Shown here in pieces: positions 1 to 9,341 of a stretch of DNA of 64,000 bases. The translations under genes were made by a program, and so were the position numbers. How positions within the stretch are numbered: position 1 is the first letter of the stretch; each line of letters opens with the position of its first letter. This DNA is from Nitrosarchaeum sp. (lineage in GTDB: Archaea; Thermoproteota; Nitrososphaeria; Nitrososphaerales; Nitrosopumilaceae): contig OZ245020.1 of assembly GCA_965223865.1 (NCBI GenBank), positions 768,001-832,000 of the forward strand, in the 5' to 3' direction. The notes beneath the pieces are model-generated. The model searched no databases. It was not told where the DNA came from and saw only the letters and a list, made by a program, of their open reading frames with translations.

Positions 1-475
1 CAACTATGGATTTTACTGTTCTTCCTTGTATAAGATTGGCCTCAGAGGATTTTCTATATAGAAATGAGGCTCTTTCTATAATGGCATCGTTTAGGCCGAG
101 TTTCTCCTTTAGTTTACTCATCTCGCCAAGTGCAATGCGCAGATTGCGCTCAGAAGTGGACTTGACCTTGCTCCTGGAATCCCAGACCCTCATTCGTTTT
201 AATGCATGCCGCATCTCCAGGACTAGCGGCTTTCCATCTGAGTCACAGTCAACTTTGCCAATCATGGTAGATAAGCCTCGATCATGCATTGTCAAAGATG
301 TTGCCGCCCCCGTTCTTGCATTTTCCATAAAATTATCATGAAATATTTCAGCACGTTCATCACTGATTCTTTGTTCGATTACTTTTCCGCACTTTGTACA
401 GATTTTTTCTCCTCTGTCTTGATCATATGCAAGTTTCTCATGAGAACAAGAAAGCAGAAAAGAAGATCGTTGCAT
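1..475 (-). CDS. tfb: Transcription initiation factor IIB paralog (3' part runs off the window)
   Basis: Manual translation MQRSSFLLSCSHEKLAYDQDRGEKICTKCGKVIEQ...ARTGAATSLTMHDRGLSTMIG...MRVWDSRSK...ERNLRIALGEM...GRTVKSIV shows the Zn ribbon, B-reader/linker and start of the cyclin fold. Absent from the ORF track because it has no stop in the window. Confidence 0.93.
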   Translation of the reverse strand, partial: MQRSSFLLSCSHEKLAYDQDRGEKICTKCGKVIEQRISDERAEIFHDNFMENARTGAATSLTMHDRGLSTMIGKVDCDSDGKPLVLEMRHALKRMRVWDSRSKVKSTSERNLRIALGEMSKLKEKLGLNDAIIERASFLYRKSSEANLIQGRTVKSIV

Positions 476-476
476 G

Positions 477-665
477 TTACTTTCTCCTTATTGGAATTTC
501 TAGTAACTGGTAATGTGGTTCAATCAACATGCATTGAAAGTGAATCTGTTCTTCTGTAACGTTACTGCAGCGATGGCAGAAAAATTGGTTTGCTTCTCTG
601 CATATGTCGCATTTTTTGTTTACTTCTTGCTCTGTTCCACATTTTCTACACAAGTCAATTCTCAT
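477..665 (-). CDS. Double zinc-finger microprotein, copy 1 (CxxC-x9-CxxC-x7-CxxC-x8-HxxC)
   Basis: 62 aa, 8 regularly spaced Cys/His; two paralogs in the window; stop codon 1 nt before the tfb start. Confidence 0.85.
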   Translation of the reverse strand: MRIDLCRKCGTEQEVNKKCDICREANQFFCHRCSNVTEEQIHFQCMLIEPHYQLLEIPIRRK

Positions 666-703
666 GTTGCAATGTTACGTTTCTAATTGATTTAAATGAT
701 ATG

Positions 704-739
704 AAAATTAGATGCCACTAATTAGAAGAAGCTAATTAG
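704..739. promoter_or_regulatory. Phased CTAATTAG-type box array (3 boxes, 14-bp period)
   Basis: AAAATTAG 704, CTAATTAG 718, CTAATTAG 732, just upstream of the TATA-like TTTAAA (691-696) of the 477..665 gene. Confidence 0.6.
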
Positions 740-792
740 TGCAAGCTATTTGCTCTCATTTTATAGAATCAGAATGATTCTGGAACTATGTT

Positions 793-1137
793 ATGTTTAA
801 TTATAATTTCAGCTCATTTCACATAATGACAACACAGACTGCATTACTGCAAGAAAAAAAACTTTGGGTTATAGTAAACACACTGAAAGAAAACGTGTCT
901 GATGCAGAACTAGAACATGTCAGTTCCTCCATGAAAGAACTGATTGATGATTGGCATTCACAACAAAGATTTGTTTGGTCTGGTTCGTTGGACGATAACA
1001 AAACTGGAATGGCAATCTTTGAAGGGACTGATGAGGAAGCGAAGGAATTCTTTGAGAAGAATAAAAAAGCATGCTCTGGTGTCCTAGACTCTAGTCTTCA
1101 GCAATGGAACGCCATGCCGTTTCTTTCGCTGTTATAA
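793..1137 (+). CDS. YciI/muconolactone isomerase-like dimeric alpha-beta barrel protein (start probably 826)
   Basis: WSGSL...GMAIFE..EEAK pattern resembles YCII-like proteins. Confidence 0.5.
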   Translation: MFNYNFSSFHIMTTQTALLQEKKLWVIVNTLKENVSDAELEHVSSSMKELIDDWHSQQRFVWSGSLDDNKTGMAIFEGTDEEAKEFFEKNKKACSGVLDSSLQQWNAMPFLSLL

Positions 1138-1150
1138 CCTTTTTTATTTT

Positions 1151-2116
1151 TTGTACAAGATGATAAACAAAGGCAAAACCACAACAGCAGCAAATGGCAG
1201 CAATCACATAAGATCTGATGAATACTCTCTTTTTGAGCAATGCCCTGAATCACAATGCAAGAAAGGGCCCATTATTGCAGATGAGAGTACAGGTGACGTA
1301 ATTTGTGGCACTTGTGGCTTGGTGCTAGTTGAAAAGAGCACAGACATGAGGGAGGAATGGAATAATTTTGAAGGAAAGCAGGATAAAACCAGGGTAGGGG
1401 CAAAAACTAGCCTGGTAATCCATGACATGGGCTTGTCTACTGCCATCAAGCCTGTTAACAAGGATGCAGGAGGAAACCGTCTGTCTTTTGAGGCAAGCAG
1501 GCAGTTTCGTCGTCTTCGTATCTGGGACAACAGAAGCAAGACAAGCTCAAGGGAACGTTCGCTGCGTACTGCATTTGTCATACTAGACGGTATGGCAGAC
1601 AAGCTTGCATTGCCTGATATTGTGTCTGAAACTGCAGCATACTATTACAGAAAAATAAAGTCAAGAAATGCAAAGACAGGCAAATCTACAGCAGCGCTGG
1701 TATCGGCGGCACTTTATGCAGCCTGTCGTTTTACCCACACACCAAGAACATTGCAGGATATCGCCAAAGTTTCAAACATCAAGAAAAAGAGCCTTCAAAA
1801 GACATATCGAGATCTGGTAAAACAGCTAGACTTGCAGTTCCCGTCATATGATCCTGTTGCATTTGTAACAGGGCTATCCAGCAGAATCAAGGCAAGTGAG
1901 CAATCAAGAAGATTGGCCATTAAAATTTTGGAGGAGGCAGAAAGGAAAATGCTTCTGACAGGAAAGAATCCAATGGGAATGGCAGCTGGCGCATTGTACA
2001 TTGCATGCATCAATAATCTGGAAAACATTCCGCAGGCCGTAATTGCAAAAGAATCCGGAATCAGTAGTGTAACAATAAGGCATAGCTGCATGTCTCTCAA
2101 AAAAATAAAATTTTAG
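1151..2116 (+). CDS. tfb: Transcription initiation factor IIB paralog
   Basis: CPESQC..CGTCG Zn ribbon, HDMGLST, LRIWD, two cyclin repeats, GKNPMGMAA. Confidence 0.95.
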   Translation: MYKMINKGKTTTAANGSNHIRSDEYSLFEQCPESQCKKGPIIADESTGDVICGTCGLVLVEKSTDMREEWNNFEGKQDKTRVGAKTSLVIHDMGLSTAIKPVNKDAGGNRLSFEASRQFRRLRIWDNRSKTSSRERSLRTAFVILDGMADKLALPDIVSETAAYYYRKIKSRNAKTGKSTAALVSAALYAACRFTHTPRTLQDIAKVSNIKKKSLQKTYRDLVKQLDLQFPSYDPVAFVTGLSSRIKASEQSRRLAIKILEEAERKMLLTGKNPMGMAAGALYIACINNLENIPQAVIAKESGISSVTIRHSCMSLKKIKF

Positions 2117-2210
2117 AATTTCTTAAAAAAATAAACTTAATTTTTGTCGGAATAAACAGGATAAATAGAATTTTTGCATTGAAAACAATTTCTGATTACA
2201 AGTATTTGGA

Positions 2211-2246
2211 AAAATTAGAATGGCCTAATTAGCTTTTTCTAATTTT
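2211..2246. promoter_or_regulatory. Phased CTAATTAG-type box array (3 boxes, 14-bp period)
   Basis: AAAATTAG 2211, CTAATTAG 2225, CTAATTTT 2239, followed by TATA-like TTTTTAA and ATG 2284. Confidence 0.6.
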
Positions 2247-2283
2247 CACATTATTTTTAAGACACATTATCTATACATGTTTC

Positions 2284-2472
2284 ATGGAAAATAAATCATG
2301 CAAGATTTGTAACTCAAATCTTGAAGTAGAAAGAAGATGTAAATTCTGTGATGAGCCAACAAGATTGTTTTGTCATACTTGTGGGATAATGGCAGAAAAG
2401 ATGAGTCATCCTGCATGTATGATTATTGATGCAAACACAATGCTGTTAGAAGCTCAGATTCACAGAAATTAA
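2284..2472 (+). CDS. Double zinc-finger microprotein, copy 2
   Basis: 62 aa, same Cys/His spacing as 477..665. Confidence 0.85.
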   Translation: MENKSCKICNSNLEVERRCKFCDEPTRLFCHTCGIMAEKMSHPACMIIDANTMLLEAQIHRN

Positions 2473-2564
2473 TTTTTATTTTCATTTATTTTTTTCAATA
2501 TGTCTGATGACTTGATGTTAATATTCAAATCCTAAAATAAAAAGATAAGATTTTTGAGATGCAA

Positions 2565-2957
2565 TTATTTTACATGAATCTTACACGTTTTAAAAAGATC
2601 TTTGGTTTTGTCTGCCAAAGTTGCAGCATCAGAATCAGGTTCTGCTGAAATCAAAACAATGTGGTCATACATGGGAACACTTACCATCATAACTTTGCCT
2701 CTTTTGGATGCAGTATAATCAATTGGGCCTAGCGTTTCATTGTATTCTTTTCTCATACTTACATCCAAGCTTATCTGCATGTACATCATTTTCATTTTCT
2801 CTTCGGTTTCATACGGTTCTAGATTCTTCCTAAAACCACCAGCAACCAAGTGTCCCATACTGTTAATGACTCCTGCAAACCTAACTTTAGGATCCTTGTG
2901 CATCTCATTACAAGCGTCTTCTAAAGATTTGTTTTGCTCAAAAGTCAGTAGAGGCAT
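2565..2957 (-). CDS. DUF6659-like (roadblock/longin-like) thaumarchaeal protein
   Basis: DPKVRFAGVINSMG.L.AGG pattern; paralogs at 22776 and 50852. Confidence 0.75.
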   Translation of the reverse strand: MPLLTFEQNKSLEDACNEMHKDPKVRFAGVINSMGHLVAGGFRKNLEPYETEEKMKMMYMQISLDVSMRKEYNETLGPIDYTASKRGKVMMVSVPMYDHIVLISAEPDSDAATLADKTKDLFKTCKIHVK

Positions 2958-3039
2958 TTTCGTTTTGCAGTATGGTAAATCAAAAATAAATTTCTTTCTT
3001 CAAAATTATATCTTCAATAAAAGAAAAAAGAAAATGGAA

Positions 3040-4686
3040 TCACATATCCATTCCAGGCATTCCGCCCATGCCACCCATTCCTCCTCCTGGAGGTCCTGGG
3101 GGAGCTGCGCTTTTGCTTCCTGCTATGACATCATCGATTCTAAGAATCATACATGCAACTTCGGTTGCCCCATTGATTACTTGCTCTTTTACAGCCAAAG
3201 GATCGTAAATGTCGCTATTTGACATGTCTGCAACATTTGCGTTTTCCACATCTATGCCATAGACGGCTTTTCCGTCAGTTGCCTTTTGCCTAAGCTGTAC
3301 CTGGGCATCAAGTGGATCCATTCCTGCGCTTTCAGCCAGGATCACTGCCATGTTCTCAATGGCGTCTGCAAACTTTTGGGCTGCTAGTTGAGAGCGTCCC
3401 TCAAGAGTGTTTGACCAGTACCTTAGCTTGTTTGCAACAAACGCTTCGGGAGCTCCTGCACCTACTAGTGCGTGTGGGTTTATTACCACGTCCTTTACTG
3501 CCATCAAGGCATCATGGATGGAACGGTCAACCTCGTCGACTATCCTTTGAGAACCTCCACGAACCAGAATGCTTACAGCTTTTGGATTCTTGCATCCTTC
3601 GATGAATACCCACTTGTCTGTCTCAACTTCTCTTTCTTCGGCAAGCTCAGCTGATCCAAGATCGTCTTTTGTTAGCTCTGCAATGTTTGTGATTACTCTA
3701 GCACCTGTTGCTTTTGAAAGTTTTATCATGTCACTTTCCTTTATTCTTCTTACTGCCATTATGCCAGCTTTTGTAAGATAATGTTGTGCCATGTCATCGA
3801 TTCCTTTTTGACATAACAGAACGTTTGCACCAGATGCAGATACTTGATCAACGAGTTTTTTGAGCATCCTGTTCTCCTCATCTATGAACTGTTGCATCTG
3901 ATCAGGAGAGTTGATGTTGATCTTTGCATCAAACTCTGTCTTTTCAATTTCTAGCGGACAGTTCACAAGAGCGATCTTTGCAGTCTTGATCTGTTTTGGC
4001 ATTGCGCCATGTACAATTTCTTTGTCCAATATGATCCCCTGGACAAGCTCAGTTGATTTCATGGAGCCTCCTGCCTTTTTCTCTACCTTGATGTTGTCAA
4101 TGTCTACCTTTGTTTTGTTATTTTGTTTTTCACTTACCGCAAGAATAGCTTCTACTACAACTTCAGATAATATCTTGGAATCGGATGTAGTGATTTTAGA
4201 TTCCATTGTAGTCTTTGCTATCTTTTTGAGAAATGCCTTGTCTTGTGGATCTACCTTAACTGCTACACTTCTTAGAATTTCCAATGCTTTGTCAGCTGCT
4301 TTTTTGAAACCATTTACCACTATTGTAGGATGAACATTTTTTTCTGTCAGCTCTTGTGCTTTTTCTAACAGAGAACCAGCTAAAATTACTGTAGATGTGG
4401 TACCATCTCCTACTTCATTGTCTGTAGTCTTTGAGATCTCAACCATCATCTTTGCTGCTGGATGTTGAACATCGATCTCCTTGAGAATTGTAGCGCCATC
4501 GTTTGTAATGGTTACATCTCCCAGAGAATCGACAATCATCTTGTCCATTCCGCGTGGACCTAGGCTTGTCTTGACCAATTCGGCCACCAGCTTTGCAGCT
4601 TGGATATTGTTTTTTTGGGCATCATGCCCTTTTGTTTCAGTTGATCCTTCCTTTAGAAGGACAACAGGTAATTGTTGTTGTGACAT
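3040..4686 (-). CDS. ths: Thermosome (group II chaperonin) subunit
   Basis: [26 protein letters not shown]-rich tail. Confidence 0.98.
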   Translation of the reverse strand: MSQQQLPVVLLKEGSTETKGHDAQKNNIQAAKLVAELVKTSLGPRGMDKMIVDSLGDVTITNDGATILKEIDVQHPAAKMMVEISKTTDNEVGDGTTSTVILAGSLLEKAQELTEKNVHPTIVVNGFKKAADKALEILRSVAVKVDPQDKAFLKKIAKTTMESKITTSDSKILSEVVVEAILAVSEKQNNKTKVDIDNIKVEKKAGGSMKSTELVQGIILDKEIVHGAMPKQIKTAKIALVNCPLEIEKTEFDAKININSPDQMQQFIDEENRMLKKLVDQVSASGANVLLCQKGIDDMAQHYLTKAGIMAVRRIKESDMIKLSKATGARVITNIAELTKDDLGSAELAEEREVETDKWVFIEGCKNPKAVSILVRGGSQRIVDEVDRSIHDALMAVKDVVINPHALVGAGAPEAFVANKLRYWSNTLEGRSQLAAQKFADAIENMAVILAESAGMDPLDAQVQLRQKATDGKAVYGIDVENANVADMSNSDIYDPLAVKEQVINGATEVACMILRIDDVIAGSKSAAPPGPPGGGMGGMGGMPGMDM

Positions 4687-4729
4687 TAAATCATCAAATG
4701 CAATTAATTACAAATCCGTTATTTTAATT

Positions 4730-4747
4730 TTGTCATACATATGACAA
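4730..4747. promoter_or_regulatory. Inverted repeat TTGTCAT-N4-ATGACAA in the divergent ths/hsp20 promoter
   Basis: Perfect 7-bp arms; ATGACAA recurs upstream of the other chaperone genes. Confidence 0.55.
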
Positions 4748-4821
4748 TCAGTCAAATACAAAATATATGTACAAAATCTTTAAATTATGTAACACACATT
4801 ACATACACTCAGTGATTAATA

Positions 4822-5331
4822 ATGTGGTTTGATGATACATTTGATCGAGAATTTCGAAGAATGTCGGACCGCTTTTTTAACTGGGATGACATCTTTGAAA
4901 ACAATTGGTTTGGAAACCGACCAATCCAAACAGTAGGTCCTCATTACTATGGTTATACCATGACAATCGGGCCAGACGGAAAACCAGTAGTCAAAGAGTA
5001 TGGCAATTATAAACCCGGAGGAAGACCTTCTGCCCTGTCTTCAGGGACATCTGAACCATATGTAGATGAGGTCCTTGACAAGGAAAACAATTTGCTCAAA
5101 TTAGTAGCAGAGATACCTGGTGTAGAAAAATCAGACATTCAGGTTTCAGTGGATGGGAAAGCCGTTTCACTGAAAGCAGAAAATGATAATCGCAAGTACG
5201 AGACTCATGTTCCATTAAAGTACAAAGTTGATGAGAACTCTGCCAAGGCACAATACAGAAACGGAATCCTTGAACTGACATTCAATCTTGCAGAAGAGAA
5301 ACTAAAAGGCAGAGTTGTGTCAGTAGAATAA
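4822..5331 (+). CDS. hsp20: Archaeal small heat-shock protein Hsp20
   Basis: YYGYTMTIGPDGKP.VKEYGN, AEIPGVEK, A.YRNGILE. Confidence 0.95.
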   Translation: MWFDDTFDREFRRMSDRFFNWDDIFENNWFGNRPIQTVGPHYYGYTMTIGPDGKPVVKEYGNYKPGGRPSALSSGTSEPYVDEVLDKENNLLKLVAEIPGVEKSDIQVSVDGKAVSLKAENDNRKYETHVPLKYKVDENSAKAQYRNGILELTFNLAEEKLKGRVVSVE

Positions 5332-5347
5332 CTCGAGGTGAAAGAAG

Positions 5348-5476
5348 ATGAAGGACAACTATTCATCTATCTCAAAAATCAAGGATTCCCTTAGATCCTC
5401 AATTGCTAGTCTCCTCGTTTCCAGAAGAGACCATCAACAAGTGGAAGATTGGAAGAAGAAACTTTCCTTGAGGTAA
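5348..5476 (+). CDS. Microprotein, 42 aa (MKDNYSSISKIKDSLRSSIASLLVSRRDHQQVEDWKKKLSLR)
   Basis: GAGGTGA SD at 5335-5341; directly after hsp20. Confidence 0.55.
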   Translation: MKDNYSSISKIKDSLRSSIASLLVSRRDHQQVEDWKKKLSLR

Positions 5477-5482
5477 AAGAAA

Positions 5483-5602
5483 TTGTCTAATGCCACTTGT
5501 GCGAGTCGAAGAACAACAATCCAATCTGGAAGGAGGGGAAGATCTGTCTTCCTCTCTTCTTTGGCCGTTGAACGAGTGAAACTGCAATGGAGGTCACAGT
5601 AG
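5483..5602 (+). CDS. Possible 39-aa micro-ORF (TTG start) or frameshifted Zn-finger remnant
   Basis: GAGGTA SD-like element; fills the gap between neighbours; an overlapping frame reads CHLCESKNNNPIWKEGKICLP. Confidence 0.35.
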   Translation: MSNATCASRRTTIQSGRRGRSVFLSSLAVERVKLQWRSQ

Positions 5603-5618
5603 TCTTAGGTGAGCGACC

Positions 5619-5738
5619 ATGAAATGCTATCATGCTGTACTGCTAAGTCAATCACCATCACGAATCAAATACAAGTGCATGTACTGTGATGAGGTATTTT
5701 CCGTGAAAAAATTGAAAACAAGTCTGAGAGGAATGTAA
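5619..5738 (+). CDS. Zinc-ribbon microprotein, 39 aa (MKCYHAVLLSQSPSRIKYKCMYCDEVFSVKKLKTSLRGM)
   Basis: CxH...CxxC; AGGTGAG SD upstream. Confidence 0.7.
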   Translation: MKCYHAVLLSQSPSRIKYKCMYCDEVFSVKKLKTSLRGM

Positions 5739-5741
5739 AAG

Positions 5742-5855
5742 ATGGCAGAAGGACAGGGTTGTAATTTATGTAGTAATGAACATGACGGTAACTTTTACAG
5801 ATTTTGTAAATGTACATGCCATGATAGAATTGCAAGGCAATCTGTTGATCCATAA
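5742..5855 (+). CDS. Cys/His-rich microprotein, 37 aa (MAEGQGCNLCSNEHDGNFYRFCKCTCHDRIARQSVDP)
   Basis: CxxC-x3-H...CxCxCH; starts 3 nt after the previous stop; T-rich tract follows. Confidence 0.72.
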   Translation: MAEGQGCNLCSNEHDGNFYRFCKCTCHDRIARQSVDP

Positions 5856-5917
5856 ATCATTTTAGTTATTATTGTTTTTTCTAAAATTTTTGAATCAAAA
5901 TGTTTTGCATAATAATT

Positions 5918-5933
5918 ATATGACAAGTCATAT
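5918..5933. promoter_or_regulatory. Palindrome ATATGAC-AA-GTCATAT upstream of the second hsp20
   Basis: Perfect 7-bp arms containing ATGACAA. Confidence 0.55.
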
Positions 5934-6003
5934 CTATCAATAACATTATCAAATTAGAAAATCTAACTTGCAAATTAAGTATCAGAAAATTCTTTTTTTG
6001 TTG

Positions 6004-6483
6004 ATGGCTACAAAAAAACCTGTAAAACGAGAATCAGGTCTAGTTCCATTTTGGACATCAAGTTGGGCAGACATTGACAAGTCAATTGAAAACCTGAGAA
6101 AGGATATGGAAAGAGCATTCTCATCATTTCCATCAATGTCTATGCCCAAAATGCCAGAGGCATCTTGCGATGTTATTGATGAAGGTAACCAATTCCGTGT
6201 GAAAATGGATGTTCCAGGCGTAAAGAAAAATGAGATCAGCCTCAATGTGACTGATAACTCCTTGGAAGTGTCAGCAGAGCACAAGGAAGAGTCTGAGGAA
6301 AAGAAGAAAAACTATCTAAAAAAGGAGAGAAGCCATGTCTCATATTATAGGACGTTGCCAATGTCCGAAGACGTAGTTTCAGGTAAAGTAAAGGCAAAAC
6401 TAACTGATGGGGTACTTGACATCATTCTGCCAAAAGCAAAACCAACCAAAACACAAAGGAAAAAATCAATATCAGTTCAATAA
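6004..6483 (+). CDS. hsp20: Small heat-shock protein Hsp20 (alpha-crystallin); ORF track start 5968
   Basis: DVPGVKK, KER....YR.LP, A.L.DGVLDI.LPK, ISV C-terminal IxI motif. Confidence 0.95.
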   Translation: MATKKPVKRESGLVPFWTSSWADIDKSIENLRKDMERAFSSFPSMSMPKMPEASCDVIDEGNQFRVKMDVPGVKKNEISLNVTDNSLEVSAEHKEESEEKKKNYLKKERSHVSYYRTLPMSEDVVSGKVKAKLTDGVLDIILPKAKPTKTQRKKSISVQ

Positions 6484-6522
6484 CCAACTTTTTTATTTTT
6501 TATGTCATAATACACAATCCTG

Positions 6523-6747
6523 ATGAATTATTTTCCAGAACCAAGTTGGCAGGACATACAATCATTTCTTGAAAAAGAGGGTTTTGTAGAAATAAAGTTT
6601 AATGAGAACTGGTATGTCTTTATGCAAAAGGGAAACAAGAACATACGAATTCCAAAACTAAGTAAAATTTCAAGACCGTGCTTAGAGAGCATAATTCAAG
6701 CATCTGACGTGGACAGAGATAGTTTTTTGAATTCATTGAAGAAATAA
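6523..6747 (+). CDS. HicA-like (dsRBD-fold) small protein
   Basis: SWQDI..FL..EGF...V.M.K....I.IP....I....L.SII.A.....F pattern; GSH motif absent. Confidence 0.55.
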   Translation: MNYFPEPSWQDIQSFLEKEGFVEIKFNENWYVFMQKGNKNIRIPKLSKISRPCLESIIQASDVDRDSFLNSLKK

Positions 6748-6776
6748 AAGATGAAATCGACAATTAGAAAATTGTT

Positions 6777-7166
6777 ATGAAAAAGAACAACTCTTCGGAT
6801 AAAATAGAAACAAACACATCATCATTGTCATTTGGAATAAGTAGTGATGAGCTATACAACATGCTTAAGACAAATGATGCGTTATTTTTACTTGATATTA
6901 GGAACCAAAATGAATACAAATCAAAACACATACAGGGTTCGGTGTTGGTTTCGTCATATCACAAAACTGATTTGGGCATGGTACCAAATATTGAAAATTC
7001 CAACAAAACACTTGTATTGATCTGCAGGAACGGAACAGAATCTAGTCAATACGCAGACATTCTTAACAAAATGGGAATCAAATCAAATTATCTGATTGGT
7101 GGAATCGAGGGATGGAATCACAGTCTGTACCATCCGTCATACATGATAGGTGAAAAATTCTCATAG
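6777..7166 (+). CDS. Rhodanese-like sulfurtransferase
   Basis: LLDIR...EY...HI.GS, CRNGTES loop, L.GGIEGW. Confidence 0.9.
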   Translation: MKKNNSSDKIETNTSSLSFGISSDELYNMLKTNDALFLLDIRNQNEYKSKHIQGSVLVSSYHKTDLGMVPNIENSNKTLVLICRNGTESSQYADILNKMGIKSNYLIGGIEGWNHSLYHPSYMIGEKFS

Positions 7167-7216
7167 ACGATAGCAGTCAAATCATTTATTATATTCAATT
7201 TCAAATTCTCTGCGAG

Positions 7217-7648
7217 TTGAAAGTAAAAAGGATACTGGTGCCACTTGATGGTTCAGAGACTTCACTTCATTCTCTAAAATATGCCATTGATTTGGCAAAA
7301 CAATGTGATGCCTCCATCTTAGGCCTACATGTAATTACTGACATGAGCCTATTTACCGCAGCTCATGCAATAGTAGTAAAAGAAGACAAATGGCCAAGTC
7401 ACGTATCTGATTTTATGAAAGAGGCACAAAGTTTGGCAGAAAAAAAGGATGCAAACTATGAGCAACTAGTCATAGGCGGAAAGACTGCAGGATATGACAT
7501 TCTCACATTTGCCGAAAGCAAGACCAATGCAATTGACCTGATCATAATGGGTCGAAGGGGAAGGAGTTTTCCAAAAGAAGTGTTTTTTGGAAGTACGACC
7601 AATTTCATAATTCACAAATCCAAGGTTCCCGTTCTAGTTACAAGATGA
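7217..7648 (+). CDS. usp: Universal stress protein
   Basis: ILVPLDGS, DLIIMGRRG, FFGSTT, VPVLV. Confidence 0.93.
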   Translation: MKVKRILVPLDGSETSLHSLKYAIDLAKQCDASILGLHVITDMSLFTAAHAIVVKEDKWPSHVSDFMKEAQSLAEKKDANYEQLVIGGKTAGYDILTFAESKTNAIDLIIMGRRGRSFPKEVFFGSTTNFIIHKSKVPVLVTR

Positions 7649-7817
7649 AATAATACATTCTTTAGATTTTTGCAGTGTATAAGAAATTAGTTTACAATTT
7701 ACTGCTCACTAACCAATATACTTGATTTGGATAATGAAATTTTCAAAAACGAGTATTGATTCCTAATCTTGGTTTTAGATTACAACATTAAAAGATTACA
7801 AAATCCATATCGGCAAC

Positions 7818-9065
7818 GTGGTAACTGAGTTTGATGTAGTTCCTACCATTATTGGCATTTTGGTTATTGTCATTCCTTCCATGCTGCTTGGAAGACTATG
7901 TGCTAGATTTCGAATATCTGAAATATTTGGATACATCATGGGCGGGATTATTTTTGGCCATTTTGCGATTGGCGGGTTGATTTCGTTTCATGATGAACCA
8001 ATAGTTATAATGGACGATCTAATGCTGTCAATTTGGCAAATCTCAGGAATAGTAATTTTGTTTTCGGCAGGACTGCATTTTACATTTCATGATCTGCGCA
8101 GGGCAGGAATGAAGGCAGCATCGGTAGGAATTGGTGGTGTTGTAGTGCCACTGATTCTGGGATATTTTGTTACCGGTGGTTTTGGATACGAATGGCAAGC
8201 TGCAATAATTATAGGGGCCACTCTAAGTGCCACCAGTATCGCAATTTCTGTAACATCCCTAGAGGAGCTCAGAAAAGAAAAGACCACTGAAGGAAATGTA
8301 CTTGTCAATGCGGCAGTATTGGATGATGTTTTAGGAATTGCAATTCTGTCTGCAATTCTTTCAATCATAGTGACAAACTCTCTTCCTACAATCGAAACAA
8401 TCACTCTACAGACTATCGAATCTATCGGATTCTGGTTTGTGTTGTTGTTAGGAGCAGTATTTTTGCTACCAAGAATTGTGCATGCAACAACAATTGCCCA
8501 TCCAACCTCAATTGAATCACGTGGCATAAACCAAGCTGTGGCCCTAGGCTCTGCTTTTGGACTTGCTGCAATCGCAGGAGGTCTTGGTCTGAATCCAATA
8601 ATTGGAGCGTTTGCAGCTGGCATGGGATTAGCAGGATCCAAGCTAGCAATGCAAGCGCGTGAATTTGCTGGAAGACTCAAAGTAATTTTTACACCATTGT
8701 TTTTTGCAGTGATTGGTGCGCATGTGAATCTGGGCAGTATTTTTGATATTAACATTGGCGTGTTTCTTGGTATTTTAGGAGTTGCAGTAGTCAGTAAAAT
8801 TTTAGGTTGTGGAATTCCGGCATCATTTTTGCTAAAAAATCGCAAGAAGGGTTTGAGGGTAGGCTATGGAATGATTGCAAGAGGAGAGATAGCATTTGTT
8901 ACAGTTGGATTTGGTTTGTCTTATGCTGTGATTGACCAAACACTGTATTCTACCATGATCTTTGTTGTTTTGGCTACGATTTTCATTACACCAGAACTTT
9001 TGAGATTATCTTACAGAAATCAGAATTCTAATCGTCATAAATCCAATAAAACCAAATTCAAGTAA
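7818..9065 (+). CDS. Cation:proton antiporter (CPA2, NapA/KefB-like)
   Basis: Many TM helices, LF.AGL, SATS, AAVLDD, GMIARGE. Confidence 0.93.
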   Translation: MVTEFDVVPTIIGILVIVIPSMLLGRLCARFRISEIFGYIMGGIIFGHFAIGGLISFHDEPIVIMDDLMLSIWQISGIVILFSAGLHFTFHDLRRAGMKAASVGIGGVVVPLILGYFVTGGFGYEWQAAIIIGATLSATSIAISVTSLEELRKEKTTEGNVLVNAAVLDDVLGIAILSAILSIIVTNSLPTIETITLQTIESIGFWFVLLLGAVFLLPRIVHATTIAHPTSIESRGINQAVALGSAFGLAAIAGGLGLNPIIGAFAAGMGLAGSKLAMQAREFAGRLKVIFTPLFFAVIGAHVNLGSIFDINIGVFLGILGVAVVSKILGCGIPASFLLKNRKKGLRVGYGMIARGEIAFVTVGFGLSYAVIDQTLYSTMIFVVLATIFITPELLRLSYRNQNSNRHKSNKTKFK

Positions 9066-9341
9066 TTTGAAAAAATTTAGCTATTTTAGTATGTTATAGT
9101 TAAAACAAAAAAACAAAGATTTTATGCATTTTAAATGAAAGTAATCCTTGAGAATTTGATTTCTGTTCTTTGGATTTTTTAAATAATTTACAATTGGGTC
9201 GTTACAAATTAAACATGAAAAAAATTCCATGATGAATTATTGATATTATATGAATATACTAGTATCACTTTTGAATATTTAATCAAATCTCATGTAATCT
9301 ACAACTATGATTGTGTAATCTGTTTTTAACGAAAAAAACAC

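Noticed and set aside
6-559. Plus-strand ORFs 6..341 and 284..559
   Set aside because: Shadows of the minus-strand tfb and Zn-finger genes.
5399-5853. Minus-strand ORFs 5399..5587 and 5665..5853
   Set aside because: Antisense to better-supported plus-strand micro-ORFs with SD sites and Cys motifs.
8087-8845. 252-aa antisense ORF and similar long antisense ORFs across the window
   Set aside because: Overlap well-supported genes and show no motifs.
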